Position numbers and translations under genes: made by a program. Shown here in pieces: positions 19,634 through 30,429 of a stretch of 64,000 bases of DNA. The notes under the pieces are model-generated. The model did no database searches and was not told where the DNA came from. It was given only the letters and a program-made list of their open reading frames with translations. Numbering within the stretch: the first letter of the stretch is position 1; the number at the start of each line of letters is the position of its first letter. Source of the DNA: a virus. The stretch covers positions 1-64,000 of the IMG/VR virus record IMGVR_UViG_3300034196_000019, one strand, 5' to 3'.

Positions 19634-20866
19634 TTGTCTAGTCAAGCTGAAGCAATCAAGCTTATTGAATCTGGCGTGAATGTATGTCTTATTGGGGCAG
19701 CAGGAACAGGGAAAAGTTGGATTATTAATAAGATCACTAACAAGCATACTCTCACTGTAGCCCCTACGGGTATTGCAGCCTTGAATGTCAAAGGACAAAC
19801 AATCCATAGGTCATTCGGGCTACCAATTGGTATTGCTACACAAGACGAGAAACACCGTATTTCAGCTAAAGTAAAGAAGGTATTGGCAAGTAAACACCTT
19901 AAAAGGCTGGTGGTTGACGAATTTGGGATGTGTCGTGCTGATATCCTAGACCTTATTGATTTACGTCTGAAACAAGCTAGAGGGAATACACTTCCTTTCG
20001 GTGGTATTCAAGTTGTGCTAGTGGGAGACCCAAGTCAGCTTGAGCCAATCGTTAATCAGCGAGAAAGCAGTCTATACTTCAAGCAATATAGTACGCCTTA
20101 TGCATTTGGTGCTCACTCGTGGAACTTCACCCCTATTGTCTTAGACAAAGTATATCGACAAGAGAACGAAACACATGTACGTGTACTGCACAGCTTTCGT
20201 GTAAAAGATAAGTGGACAGAGAGAGCCCTGGAGTGGCTAGATGAACAATGTATTCCCTACAATGAAGAGGAAGATATCCTAACTCTTTGTGCTTACAAAG
20301 TGGATGCTGAACGAATAAACAATACGCACTATTCTCAGCTAAGCACAAAGGAGCATATCTATAAAGGGATTACCAATAATTCTAAATGGATGAATGATCT
20401 TCCTGTTCCACAGATGGTACGGCTGAAGGAAGGGGTTAAGGTGATCATCCGTGCTAATGATGTACTTGGAACATATGTCAACGGTAGTCGTGGTACTATC
20501 AAGAAGCTATTTGCTACAACAGCTATTGTCACCCTTGACACAGGCAAAGATGTTGAGGTAGTACAGAACACATGGGAGCAATTTGCATACTCCGCAACAG
20601 CTAAAGGCTTGGCTAAGACTGTAGAACACATGTATGAACAGCTTCCGTTGCAGCTTGGGTACGCCGTGACAGTACATTCATCTCAAGGGCTCACGCTAGA
20701 TCGTTATGCTATTGACTGTGGACGGGGGATGTTCAGTGCTGGACAAGCATATGTTGCACTGAGCCGAGCAAAAGACTTGACACGCATCAGCCTAGCGTCT
20801 AAACTCACTCTGAAAGACATTATTGTCTCACCAGATGTTAAACAATTTTATGAGAGTCTACTATAA
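19634..20866 (+). CDS. Pif1/RecD-like SF1B DNA helicase
   Basis: GAAGTGKS, APTGIAA, VDEFGM, GDPSQL, VYRQ, TVHSSQGLT, YVALSR. Confidence 0.92.
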   Translation: MSSQAEAIKLIESGVNVCLIGAAGTGKSWIINKITNKHTLTVAPTGIAALNVKGQTIHRSFGLPIGIATQDEKHRISAKVKKVLASKHLKRLVVDEFGMCRADILDLIDLRLKQARGNTLPFGGIQVVLVGDPSQLEPIVNQRESSLYFKQYSTPYAFGAHSWNFTPIVLDKVYRQENETHVRVLHSFRVKDKWTERALEWLDEQCIPYNEEEDILTLCAYKVDAERINNTHYSQLSTKEHIYKGITNNSKWMNDLPVPQMVRLKEGVKVIIRANDVLGTYVNGSRGTIKKLFATTAIVTLDTGKDVEVVQNTWEQFAYSATAKGLAKTVEHMYEQLPLQLGYAVTVHSSQGLTLDRYAIDCGRGMFSAGQAYVALSRAKDLTRISLASKLTLKDIIVSPDVKQFYESLL

Positions 20867-22558
20867 ATGCAACTGAATAATAGAAGTATAAATGAAGTAA
20901 TCGATAGGATCAGGCAAGCTGAGATTGAACTAAATATTGCTATAATATATGCACAGGAGCACTGTACACATGGGGATATTGCAGAGTGTGACTATAGCTC
21001 ATCCTATTACAGGGATACATTCCCACCAATTAGAATATGCTTAGGTTGTGGACTTACTGAGGAGGGGTGGGGTTGTGGTTATAGGACCTTGGTAGAGAGG
21101 GATAACCAGCTATCTCCAAGACGAATCTCACGAGATTTGCTATACAAATTGCGTATTGGCAAGATCATCAAACAACAATAATTTTACGGAGGGGTTGGTA
21201 TGAAAGAATCTGTACAGGTAAAAGTTTATAAAGAATACACACTTTGTGAACAGGAAGATTGCTACGGTAAGCTGGTTCAAGTGTCTGATCACCTAGCGAT
21301 GATGCACTATGTTCTTGAATATCAACATGAGTGTACTAATTGTGGGGAGAAACACTGGCTGGAGTATGTCTCACCTACTACCGTCTATGAGGAGATACAA
21401 TGAAATACCTTACAATTATCTTTCTTGTTTCTTTCCTTTCTGGATGCTCAGGCTATGTAGATGATCCATCGGAGCTTATCAAGCGTCTTAAAGAGTGTGA
21501 GAGTGTTGGGATGAAGTCCCAGATTGTCAGTACAATTAATCAGGATGTAGGCTTTCAAGGCTGTGTACCAAGGAGCACTAAATGAAACCTAGTCTTCCAT
21601 TAACACCGCCCTGCAGAGAGTATAGGTCTATATTTGGCTGTGATCTATTAGTAAATGAATATAAAACAGTAGACTGGTATACACAATTGGGTAAATTGTT
21701 TGATGAATCTCAGCTAGTTACAAAAATTCCTAAGTTCTGGCTATTTAGGTTGTTCATGAGAAAGGATCAGATCCAACTAGAACATTCTCTTAGGGTGAAT
21801 CGTGACATGTGTAGAAAGTTGCCTAGAATTTAATCTTACAGTTAAGGAGTAGTAAATGAACACATACAAAAAAGTAATCACCCTTGTCAAGAGTACAGAT
21901 GGAGATTGGGAAGGACTTTATCTTGATAATGAGCTTTATTGTGAAAACCACAGCTTGCGAATTGAAGACGTATTTGATATCATCAATGACCACGATGTCT
22001 CAGAGGCCAAGTCTTTTGAGGTATATTATGAATGGTTGAATATGGTTGGTAGCCTTCCTAACAAACTTAATGAAATTCCAGAGCAGGAGAAGGTACAATG
22101 AAACAGAAAGTATACGAATATGATGTAATTGATACAGAAGCTGGCTATGCCGTAGACCACGCACGTACCCGGAAAGAAGCTCGTAGCATTATGAAATCTA
22201 ATAAGCAAGTATTTGAAGGACAGAAGTTTGCTATTATTCAGCGTAAATATGCTTTGACAATTGAACGGAAGGTACGGTGATGAATAAACATACCAAAGAC
22301 TTCCTAACAAAACTTGCTATCCTAGTGGAAGAGTATGGTGCTAATATGGAGATTGAGGGAGACTGCTACTCTGGAGGTCCAATGCAAGTCAGTTTTGAGG
22401 TGAATAATCCTCAGACATTTGATGAGCATCTTTACTCTCACGCGGAGTGGACTGATCTGGGATTTCATTGTAACGCTGAGGGAATACGAAAATTAACAGG
22501 AGTAGTTGATGAAGATCAGCATGAGAGATTATACAGAAGGAATGATTCTGCCAAGTAA
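20867..22558 (+). other. Small hypothetical genes (20867-21181, 21200-21403, 21400-21585 lipoprotein-like LSGC, 21582-21833, 21856-22101, 22098-22280, 22277-22558)
   Basis: Coupled ORFs with ATGA overlaps and RBSs. Confidence 0.7.
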
Positions 22559-23201
22559 GAACGGAGGATTATTTAAAATATTAAAGATTAATAGCTATAT
22601 GAATGTGGAGATTGAATTTATGATTATCTTGAAATTCAAAATGACTACAAATTTAACCAATGCGAGACGTGGAACTGTAGGGAACCCTTATGCTATATCT
22701 TGTTGCGGTGTTGGGTTTATAGGTGAAACAGATGGTCTAATAACTACGAATACTCCTGCATATAAGGTATGGTCTAGTATGCTGACAAGGTGTTATAAAG
22801 ACTGCTATATTGGGGCTAAATCTTATTTAGACGTGACTGTCAATGAGACTTGGCATAATTTTACAAATTTTGAGCGGTGGTTTAGAACCAGTCCACGCCA
22901 AAAAGGCTACCAGCTCGACAAAGATATCCTTGTTGAGGGCAATAAAGAATACAGCCAAGATTCTTGCTGCTTTGTACCAAAAGAAGTAAATAGTTTCTTC
23001 AGTCAGCGACACCATAAAAACAGCAAATCTGGCTATGCTGGCGTACTACGGCATAAGAGGGACGATCTTTGGGTGGCGCTGGATGGTAAGGTATACACTA
23101 AAAATCTAGATGAGGCTGTACTTGCACAGAAGAAGTTTAGAGTGGCACTTGCAGAGAAGCTTTATAACGAATATAATGGTCTATTGACCCACGCGTGCTA
23201 G
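22506..23201 (+). CDS. HNH homing endonuclease (C-terminus probably frameshifted)
   Basis: YKVWSSMLTRCY, WHNFTNF, LDKDIL..GNKEYS...CCFVPKEVN; the expected DPRV tail lies in another frame. Confidence 0.8.
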   Translation: MMKISMRDYTEGMILPSKNGGLFKILKINSYMNVEIEFMIILKFKMTTNLTNARRGTVGNPYAISCCGVGFIGETDGLITTNTPAYKVWSSMLTRCYKDCYIGAKSYLDVTVNETWHNFTNFERWFRTSPRQKGYQLDKDILVEGNKEYSQDSCCFVPKEVNSFFSQRHHKNSKSGYAGVLRHKRDDLWVALDGKVYTKNLDEAVLAQKKFRVALAEKLYNEYNGLLTHAC

Positions 23202-23547
23202 TAAAACTGCAGGAGTACAACTATCTTACATATAGATTATGATCAATGGGTAGCAGAGAATCCGGACAAGAAATACCCATTCCATGATCAATCTACTTAT
23301 TCTTATGCAGAGTGGGTGGATATTGGTTTTAGTTCTGATTCTATTAGTATTAAAAAGATTATTGAGGAGAATGAATAATGAGTTCTAAGTTGCCAATGCA
23401 CATAGCTAACCTGGGTGATATTGATGTGTATCGAGATGACAGTTTCGTACAAATCACGGTAGATGGTGAAACTGCTATTTTCGTAGACCACAAGAATGCA
23501 GAAGACCTGGCATTCCTAATCAAAGCAGCCGTTAATGGAGAGAAAGT

Positions 23548-25336
23548 ATGAGCAATTACTTTGACAGCATGGGTAACTTCTATGATTGGTGCGAAGCCAA
23601 TAACTTCGATCCAGATACAGAATATGATCGAGAAGATGAATCATATAAACGAGATACAAGTGTTTATTTTTATATCAAGCACAATGAGAAAGATGTATAC
23701 CGTCCTGTGAGTCTTATCGCTAGCTATGATAATGGCTATGGGGATATTGAAGTGGGAGATGAAGACCTTACACGTAAGGTGACACAAGTACTGACAGAGA
23801 AAGTGGAGTATTTGAAATGAACACATTATTTATAAAACCAGAGGATCTTAACTTTGTCCTGGAAAACCCAGGAGCACGAGAGCGTACTCTTGCAGCTATT
23901 GAGGCTTTCAATAAAGCAGATGAAGACCTTCAGAAGATTTGTGATGAACTTGGTATTGAGAAGCCTGAGATGGTGCTATGAGGAATATCCGCTCCTCTTG
24001 GCTAGATGGCCTTCTTGAAGCTGAAAGACTCCACAAAGAAGGGTGGGTATTTGAATATCAGGATGGACTACGTATTCAATTTCGATATAAGAGTCTGGGA
24101 GATGGCCCTACAATGGCTTTCTTTAGTATGAGAGATAGGGCTGACTATAAACATCAGGATGAGTTTCAGAAAGGGTGCATGGACTACGTCCAGTATTATG
24201 TTGAGCATTTGGAGAGGATGAATGAAATATCGCGTTGTTAAAAGGCCGATGTGGAAGGTTGTAGGAGACTCCACCTGGATGGGCTATTCTTATGCTTTTG
24301 TTGTACAAAAGAAAGGATTTCTTTGGGGATGGAACGACATCACTTACTCTGTGACAAGGGAAGATGCTTATAACAAGATCCCTAAGCTAAAGAATAAAAT
24401 ACTTACAGACGATATGGATGAAGTGGTATGAAACGCACTAGTTACTCAAACGTTGTAGGGAATGATATCTACACTCACTATAGCCTATTCTTCTTGCAGA
24501 CATGCTTCTTTTGTGATCAAGAATTTAGACGAGAGAGTGGGTATAGATTCCAATTGCAATGTAATTCTCCTTGGGTGTACTCTTGTTCTGAATGCTCAAT
24601 CTCTAAAGAAGGGTGTAATGATAATGTACGTCTTTGGAAAGAGAAGGCTAGGAAAGCTTTTGTTAATGCTGCTCCACCACCGAGGAGACCTTGAATGATG
24701 CTATTATCCCACATAATTTCTTTAATTATATTTGCTTTGATGGTTGTATCCTTAGCCTTTGCATTTCAACTGGGAATGTGGCTTTGCGATAAACATCAAA
24801 ACTGGAAGGATAGGTAATGAAGAAAGAAGACCAAGATCTGTTTTGCATGAATCATATAGGAAAGAAATTAGCATTCCAACTTTATTATGGAGAGGGGGTG
24901 GTGAATAAACCATGAGCATGACTAAATATGAATGTGCTGTAGACCATTTCGCTCAACAGATGGACTTAAGTCTTGAGGGAATGCCTGCATTGGAAGCTCT
25001 CAATGCTGGAGGGGAAGCTATTGACCTTCTGTTTGCACTTAGGTATGATACTTGGGCAGATAGGGATAACCTTATTGCTGTTGTTGATAATTTGTTAGAG
25101 GAGTGGGGTTGATGAAGAGTAAATATAAATATCAAGTGGTGGTGCATATCCCATACTACCCATCATCTGTTCTTTTTGAGACAGAAGAGGGGGCTTGGGG
25201 ATATTACAATAGTATCAAAGATGCAGATCATGAAGACTCCTCTTTCATCACTGTATGCGAGATCCTAGGGAGCCGTGGAGATGATAGTCAATATGATTCA
25301 GAGATTGAGTGGTATTTAGAGAAGGAAGTAAAATAA
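23548..25336 (+). other. Small hypothetical genes (23548-23820, 23978-24241, 24222-24431, 24428-24694, 24912-25112, 25112-25336)
   Basis: Coupled ORFs with RBSs. Confidence 0.65.
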
Positions 25337-25341
25337 CAGAC

Positions 25342-25384
25342 AAAATAAAAGCCCCTTTCCTGATTATGGATAAGGGGCTTTGTT
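25342..25384. terminator. Bidirectional terminator
   Basis: AAAGCCCCTT...AAGGGGCTTT with flanking A and T tracts between convergent genes. Confidence 0.75.
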
Positions 25385-25426
25385 GTACCTATACTTTGTA
25401 TATCTTACAATTTGTATACCCTGTAT

Positions 25427-25858
25427 TTATGTGCTGAGAACAAAAGGCTCTACACGTAAGCCAATATCAAAATTACCACCTGTGTTTGGGTTGTCTCCAA
25501 CTCCGTCCCAATACCAACGAACATCGTATGTAATAGACTGCGCAACAAAGTTTACAATGCTAATAACATTTGCATCATAAGAATAACCAGGGACAGGAGT
25601 TAGAATAGTGGTCTGAAGGAAGGGTGTTACTGTGAAGGGAGACGATAGTCCAAGATTATCAAATGTAATGAATGCTCTGTCTAAATCTCCAGCTTGAATA
25701 TTTGTTCTCTTGAGCATACGGATATTATTAGTGGGACTTGTTCCGCCACCACCTCCATATGGCAGTGCATGGAAATATCCTTCATCAGCAGCTTGAGCAG
25801 GCCCAATTCTGGCGATGGCCTCATATAGCTGGGATGTTGTTACATTAGAGAGTGGCAA
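25427..25858 (-). CDS. Isolated antisense gene, possible virion protein
   Basis: TTG after AAGGAG; GGGGG linker then beta-rich domain; extended -10 TGCTATACT upstream. Confidence 0.6.
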   Translation of the reverse strand: MPLSNVTTSQLYEAIARIGPAQAADEGYFHALPYGGGGGTSPTNNIRMLKRTNIQAGDLDRAFITFDNLGLSSPFTVTPFLQTTILTPVPGYSYDANVISIVNFVAQSITYDVRWYWDGVGDNPNTGGNFDIGLRVEPFVLST

Positions 25859-25957
25859 TCTGTTAGCTCCTTTATTATAATGACACTGTGTCATTCACTA
25901 GTGCTTATTCACAGTATAGCAAGGATTGTTTGGAATGTATACTGGGATAATTATTTG

Positions 25958-25986
25958 TAGACAAGAGGGATAGGAGCAGATATACT
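25958..25986 (+). promoter_or_regulatory. Sigma70 promoter
   Basis: TAGACA-17-TATACT. Confidence 0.65.
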
Positions 25987-26047
25987 ACTCGCGTAGTAAG
26001 TATAATACTGAGGCTTAGATTATTTTATTGGCAGGAGATAAAGCATA

Positions 26048-26260
26048 GTGAGTGAAGGGTCGGCTGACGCCTGCCAGAAATGCGGAACAGGGCTGTATGA
26101 TACATACGTATACGACATAGCAGAGCTAGATGAAGAGAGGAATTGTCCTGGCTGTTCTGCTACATACAATTGGGAAGAACAGGATTATTCTGAAAATAGA
26201 CTGATGTACGGATGGGAATTAGAGTATCTTGATGAATTACCTAAGAGGGGTAAGAAATGA
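26048..26260 (+). CDS. Small zinc-ribbon protein
   Basis: CQKC and CPGC; AGGAG RBS. Confidence 0.6.
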   Translation: MSEGSADACQKCGTGLYDTYVYDIAELDEERNCPGCSATYNWEEQDYSENRLMYGWELEYLDELPKRGKK

Positions 26261-27408
26261 CACGCAAAAGAAAAGAAAGTCTAGTGTACGGGGTTGGTAT
26301 CAATGACGCTGATTATCAAGTGTCAACCAGAGATAAAAACGGTAAGGAGTGGCGTTGTCCTTTCTACAAGACGTGGAAGAATATGCTTGCTCGCTGCTAT
26401 TCTCCAGCATTCCAGAGGAACCAACCTCTGTATAAAGGGTGTTCTGTAGATGAAAGATGGCATCGATTTAGCCACTTCAAATCCTGGATGCTTGAACAAG
26501 ACTGGGAAGACAAGCAACTAGATAAAGACATGAGGTTTGAAGGCAATCAGGTGTATGGTCCTGATACTTGCCAGTTCCTAAGTCGAAGAGACAATGTAAA
26601 AGCTCAGAAGAGGGCTGTATTTGCTATTTATAAGGGGTTCTGGGTACACCTTAAATCTTTCTACAGAGAAGACATCTCTGCTTACACCTACGCATATAAG
26701 AGGGTTTATTATGATAGGCGTATGGATCTTGCGGAGATTGAGGATGAAAGAAAACAGGCTACTCAGGGTGTCACGGTGATGTGGGAGGGTATAGAAACCC
26801 CACTTAAATCTCTCTGTGATTTGTATAGTAGAGATTATGAGGTTATACGAGATAGACTAAATAGTTGGGCAGGAGGCACAGTCTACAGTCGAGTAATCTA
26901 TGATGAAAATCCTTATGTTTCATTCGAGCTTGCTGGAGCCGGAGGGGTGGTGTACCAGTTTAGTAATAAAAATGAGCTGGTAGACTATCTTGGAACTATT
27001 AACATAAGGGTAGATGAATACTTACCTCTTTGTGGTGGAAGTCTTGTTGTGCTTAAGGAGCTTATACGGGACCATAAGCGTACTGATACTAGAACCCTTT
27101 ACACAATAGGAGAGGTTACAGGATACAAGGAATTCTGGTATCGACACTATGAGACTACCGAGTCTAGAGTTACCGAGAACATGAGCAAACATAACCTACC
27201 ATTCGTTGAGGCTGTTCAGTTGCCAATCCAGAGGATCAAACGACTGGTTGTCAATGGTGAGACAATGTTAGTGAAGAATATGTGGCAGTCTTATGGTCTA
27301 GATGCAAAGCTCTGCAATACAATCAGAAGCCAAAAGAAGCTGACATTTATTCAAACTCTCAATATTATGGGAGTACCCATTCAAGGGTTATCGATCCAAC
27401 CCGTGTAA
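26257..27408 (+). CDS. HNH homing endonuclease with long C-terminal extension
   Basis: VYGVGINDA, WKNMLARCY, WHRFSHFKSW, LDKD...GNQVYGPDTCQF. Confidence 0.85.
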   Translation: MTRKRKESLVYGVGINDADYQVSTRDKNGKEWRCPFYKTWKNMLARCYSPAFQRNQPLYKGCSVDERWHRFSHFKSWMLEQDWEDKQLDKDMRFEGNQVYGPDTCQFLSRRDNVKAQKRAVFAIYKGFWVHLKSFYREDISAYTYAYKRVYYDRRMDLAEIEDERKQATQGVTVMWEGIETPLKSLCDLYSRDYEVIRDRLNSWAGGTVYSRVIYDENPYVSFELAGAGGVVYQFSNKNELVDYLGTINIRVDEYLPLCGGSLVVLKELIRDHKRTDTRTLYTIGEVTGYKEFWYRHYETTESRVTENMSKHNLPFVEAVQLPIQRIKRLVVNGETMLVKNMWQSYGLDAKLCNTIRSQKKLTFIQTLNIMGVPIQGLSIQPV

Positions 27409-27417
27409 AATACACTC

Positions 27418-27443
27418 GCCCACCAATTGGTGGGCTTTCTTTT
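27418..27443 (+). terminator. Intrinsic terminator
   Basis: GCCCACCA-AT-TGGTGGGC followed by TTTCTTTT. Confidence 0.85.
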
Positions 27444-27469
27444 ACCTATAGAAATCCTCGCATACCCCT

Positions 27470-28810
27470 TGTATTGCCTAGCAATGAATGTATACTACTT
27501 AAGGCGAGGTAGCATTACTTGGAGACAATCACCAACCCTGCATGAAATTTAAACTCCCTGGAAATTAGCTTTGTATTCGTTGGGTGTTATTGTTTATCTT
27601 GGGGAGCAAATCCTGAGATAGTTCATATTCTATCGTCTCGATAGGAATGGGGCTTGATAGGATGTGCTGGGACAATAGACCCCCTCTATCATAATCGCAA
27701 AATCCGTTGAGCTACTCTATTAGCTCATATACCGACCCCCCAATGCTACGCATTGGCTATATCTATCACTTATTGCAACGCAATGTATTAAGACTATCAA
27801 TGAACTATACTACTTGACTATTATATTCTTCTCTGAATGGACCTCAAGAATCGTCAATTTAACAAGCGGACGGGCATATTGTAGATTATGCGAAGTCTTG
27901 TTACACTTGTAACAGAGGTTTATGCACACTTGACAGACCTTTGTCAACCAATGATAAATCATTGAATAATACTATACCATCAGCATTACTGATAGCTTAT
28001 ACCCTTCCCTTCGTTTACGAAGAACATTCTCCCACTCATAGCATATTATATTCTTCTCAGATAAGAATTGATAATGAATTGTAGCTATTATGTTCTAATC
28101 TTCGATTAGGAAATACAATTGGACAAGATATATTAATTATTGGCGAGATATTCTCTTGTGATGCAAGAAAGTAGTTGATTTAGTTTAGATAGAAAAGTGT
28201 GCTTAACATATCGAGAGAGTAGGGAACATATAAGCAGTAATAATAAGTTACTAACAGTAAGTAAGCCTTATAGAGAGGATATCCCAGGGGTAGATAACAA
28301 TACTCACTGCTATGCAGTGGATAAAGAGCCTATTACCACAAGAATTAGCACAATACAAGAAGGTATTCGAGGAGTGTAAATACTATTCTTTGCATGAGCA
28401 AAGAATAGGAACAATATATCCACAGTTTCACTGCGTAGGCCATATGTTATAAGGCTTTCACTATTATAGAGGTATGGTTATATACAGAGAGGAGTAGCTC
28501 TATATTCTGTGCTGTAGCACAGGACAGTGTAAACTATTGGCGCTGCCAATGAGTGGTGCTGATACATGCCTTGCATGTGATATGAGTAATGCTTTCACTG
28601 CAATGCAGTGGATACAAGAATGTTCCATGTGTCTCACATGAGATAAGATCAAGATCACAAGCTAGAGCTTGGATTTGTGTTGAATCTATTTTTATTTAAC
28701 TGCGACAGCAGGAGCGTATGTGGTGTTATCAAGATCGCAAGATCAAAGGCGTACACTCTCCATTGCCCTGCAATGTGCTTACTCTGTCCAATGCGTTCGC
28801 ATTGAATATA
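27470..28810. repeat. Non-coding array of about 20 short palindromes
   Basis: Examples: CCAATGC-TAC-GCATTGG, CACTGC-(T/A)AT-GCAGTG twice, ACATGC-CTT-GCATGT, CATTGC-CCT-GCAATG; AAGATC tandems at 28645 and 28730. Confidence 0.75.
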
Positions 28811-28874
28811 CATACTCCTCTATCATTCTGATAAAGACAGCTAGAAGTAATTATATCAGACAAATACTGTTGAC

Positions 28875-28899
28875 AAAGAAAAGCCCCAATGAAGGGGCT
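28875..28899 (-). terminator. Intrinsic terminator
   Basis: AGCCCC-TTCATT-GGGGCT followed by TTTCTTT. Confidence 0.8.
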
Positions 28900-29225
28900 A
28901 ATAATTAAATCTTAACAAGATGGGAGAAGTCTCTCCCTAGGTCTTGGAACCACCTACCGGAATTGTGCCAATAATAAACACAGTACTCCATAGGAATTTC
29001 ATTTATAGATTTATAGAAATTCCCAAACTCATCAGTGTGAGTGGCACCTGTGGGGGTTTTCTTATTCATGTCAACAGACCTCGTTAAGAATTTGCAACTC
29101 GTTATAGGCATTATACAGTAACATGTTGTCTGTGTATAAGATAAATGCAGCGTCTCTTGATTCTTCTTCATCAAAGCTTGATATTTCAATCACCTTACTA
29201 TTCAGTAAGAAAATAAGATAATATC

Positions 29226-29462
29226 TCACTCTTCCTCCGTTATGAACAAACAGTTCAGAGCTTCAAGATCCACATAGTGACCATTACCAATAGTACCTTT
29301 ACCTACACGATCAATTTTAACGTGGGTATTATTGCTATATTTTGGAGTTGTCACCCAGAATTTATCGTCAATCTTTACAGAAACAGGGCGTCCTTTAGCA
29401 CCAGGAACTTTCATTGTGAAAGCTTGCTTTGCAATAAGTTCTGTACCCTGCTTCATATTCAT
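29226..29462 (-). CDS. Hypothetical protein
   Basis: AAGGA RBS; downstream of promoter TTGACA-16-TAGAAT (29548-29521). Confidence 0.65.
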   Translation of the reverse strand: MNMKQGTELIAKQAFTMKVPGAKGRPVSVKIDDKFWVTTPKYSNNTHVKIDRVGKGTIGNGHYVDLEALNCLFITEEE

Positions 29463-29631
29463 GGTTTGAATCCTTATGTTGTTTACTTTGGAACAATCTG
29501 TTCCGTTTTTGTATGTGTCTATTCTATCATTCTAGCCCTCTGTGTCAACAGAAAATACGAAGAAATGTTGGATATTTTGAAAGTATTTTCACCGCAAGAA
29601 TTTATGCTTATATCCTCTATAGGGTTTTATC

Positions 29632-30429
29632 TTATAGAGGATTTGCATTTTCTTGTGACAAAAGTGGGACATTTGTGTCACACATATACTCTGTGCCCTG
29701 CACAGTCTCTTGAATTTCTTGAGGCACCCAACGATATACAGTGCGTCTAGTCACTCCTAGAATGCTTGCGATACTCTTAACAGAACGACCCTGGCTCTTC
29801 ATAATCAAAGCCTTCTCACTATTAGGAACCACCCAACCAGATGTCTCTTCGATCTTCTCGATATCTAGCTTACTAGATAATGCCTCACCACTAAGCATCT
29901 CTAGCTTCTCAGATTGTTCCTTAGCTAATAGCTCTAACCCGTCTACTTTCTGTTTCAATTTGCTAAATGCTGACACACTGGTAAGCCCCGACATAATTGA
30001 ATCACTATTCCTCACAGCCTTCTTAAGCTCGACAGAAAGATGCCCAAACCTTTGCTTACCAAACGAATCAGGCAACACTTTAACAACATAAGGGTTATGC
30101 CTCCATGTCTTGCTCCTTGCCTCTAGCACCCTCTCAGGGTCTTGATTATGCTCAATTGCTGCATAGATTAAACTCTCATCGGGGAGACAGTTGTTATCTA
30201 CTTGATATGTATATGCACTCACTCCAAGCTGTTTGCTAATAGTGAGAGTGGTGCTATTGTCTTTCATCTGCTTAAAAGCCATCAATTCTGCCTTCTTAGC
30301 GGCACTAAGTACAGCCTTGTGCCCATCATCAAATGATAGCAATAAACTGTTGGCCTCAATCACTCTTCGATAAGCCTCCTCTTTTGTCACCGTTGGGACA
30401 ATTTCAAACTGTGCATATTCTTCAGTCAA
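29632..30429 (-). CDS. C-terminal HTH DNA-binding protein
   Basis: GRSVKSIASILGVTRRTVYRW helix-turn-helix. Confidence 0.75.
   Translation of the reverse strand: MTEEYAQFEIVPTVTKEEAYRRVIEANSLLLSFDDGHKAVLSAAKKAELMAFKQMKDNSTTLTISKQLGVSAYTYQVDNNCLPDESLIYAAIEHNQDPERVLEARSKTWRHNPYVVKVLPDSFGKQRFGHLSVELKKAVRNSDSIMSGLTSVSAFSKLKQKVDGLELLAKEQSEKLEMLSGEALSSKLDIEKIEETSGWVVPNSEKALIMKSQGRSVKSIASILGVTRRTVYRWVPQEIQETVQGTEYMCDTNVPLLSQENANPL

Noticed and set aside
28200-28720. RsmY/RsmZ-like GGA sponge RNA
   Set aside because: Several AGGA motifs occur, but most are not in hairpin loops and the strand is purine-rich anyway.
27470-28810. CRISPR array or mini-array
   Set aside because: No constant repeat with regular unique spacers; palindromes differ in sequence and spacing; no cas genes.
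28197-28908. ORFs 28197-28379 and 28720-28908
   Set aside because: Minimal length, no RBS, and they run through the palindrome array and a terminator.
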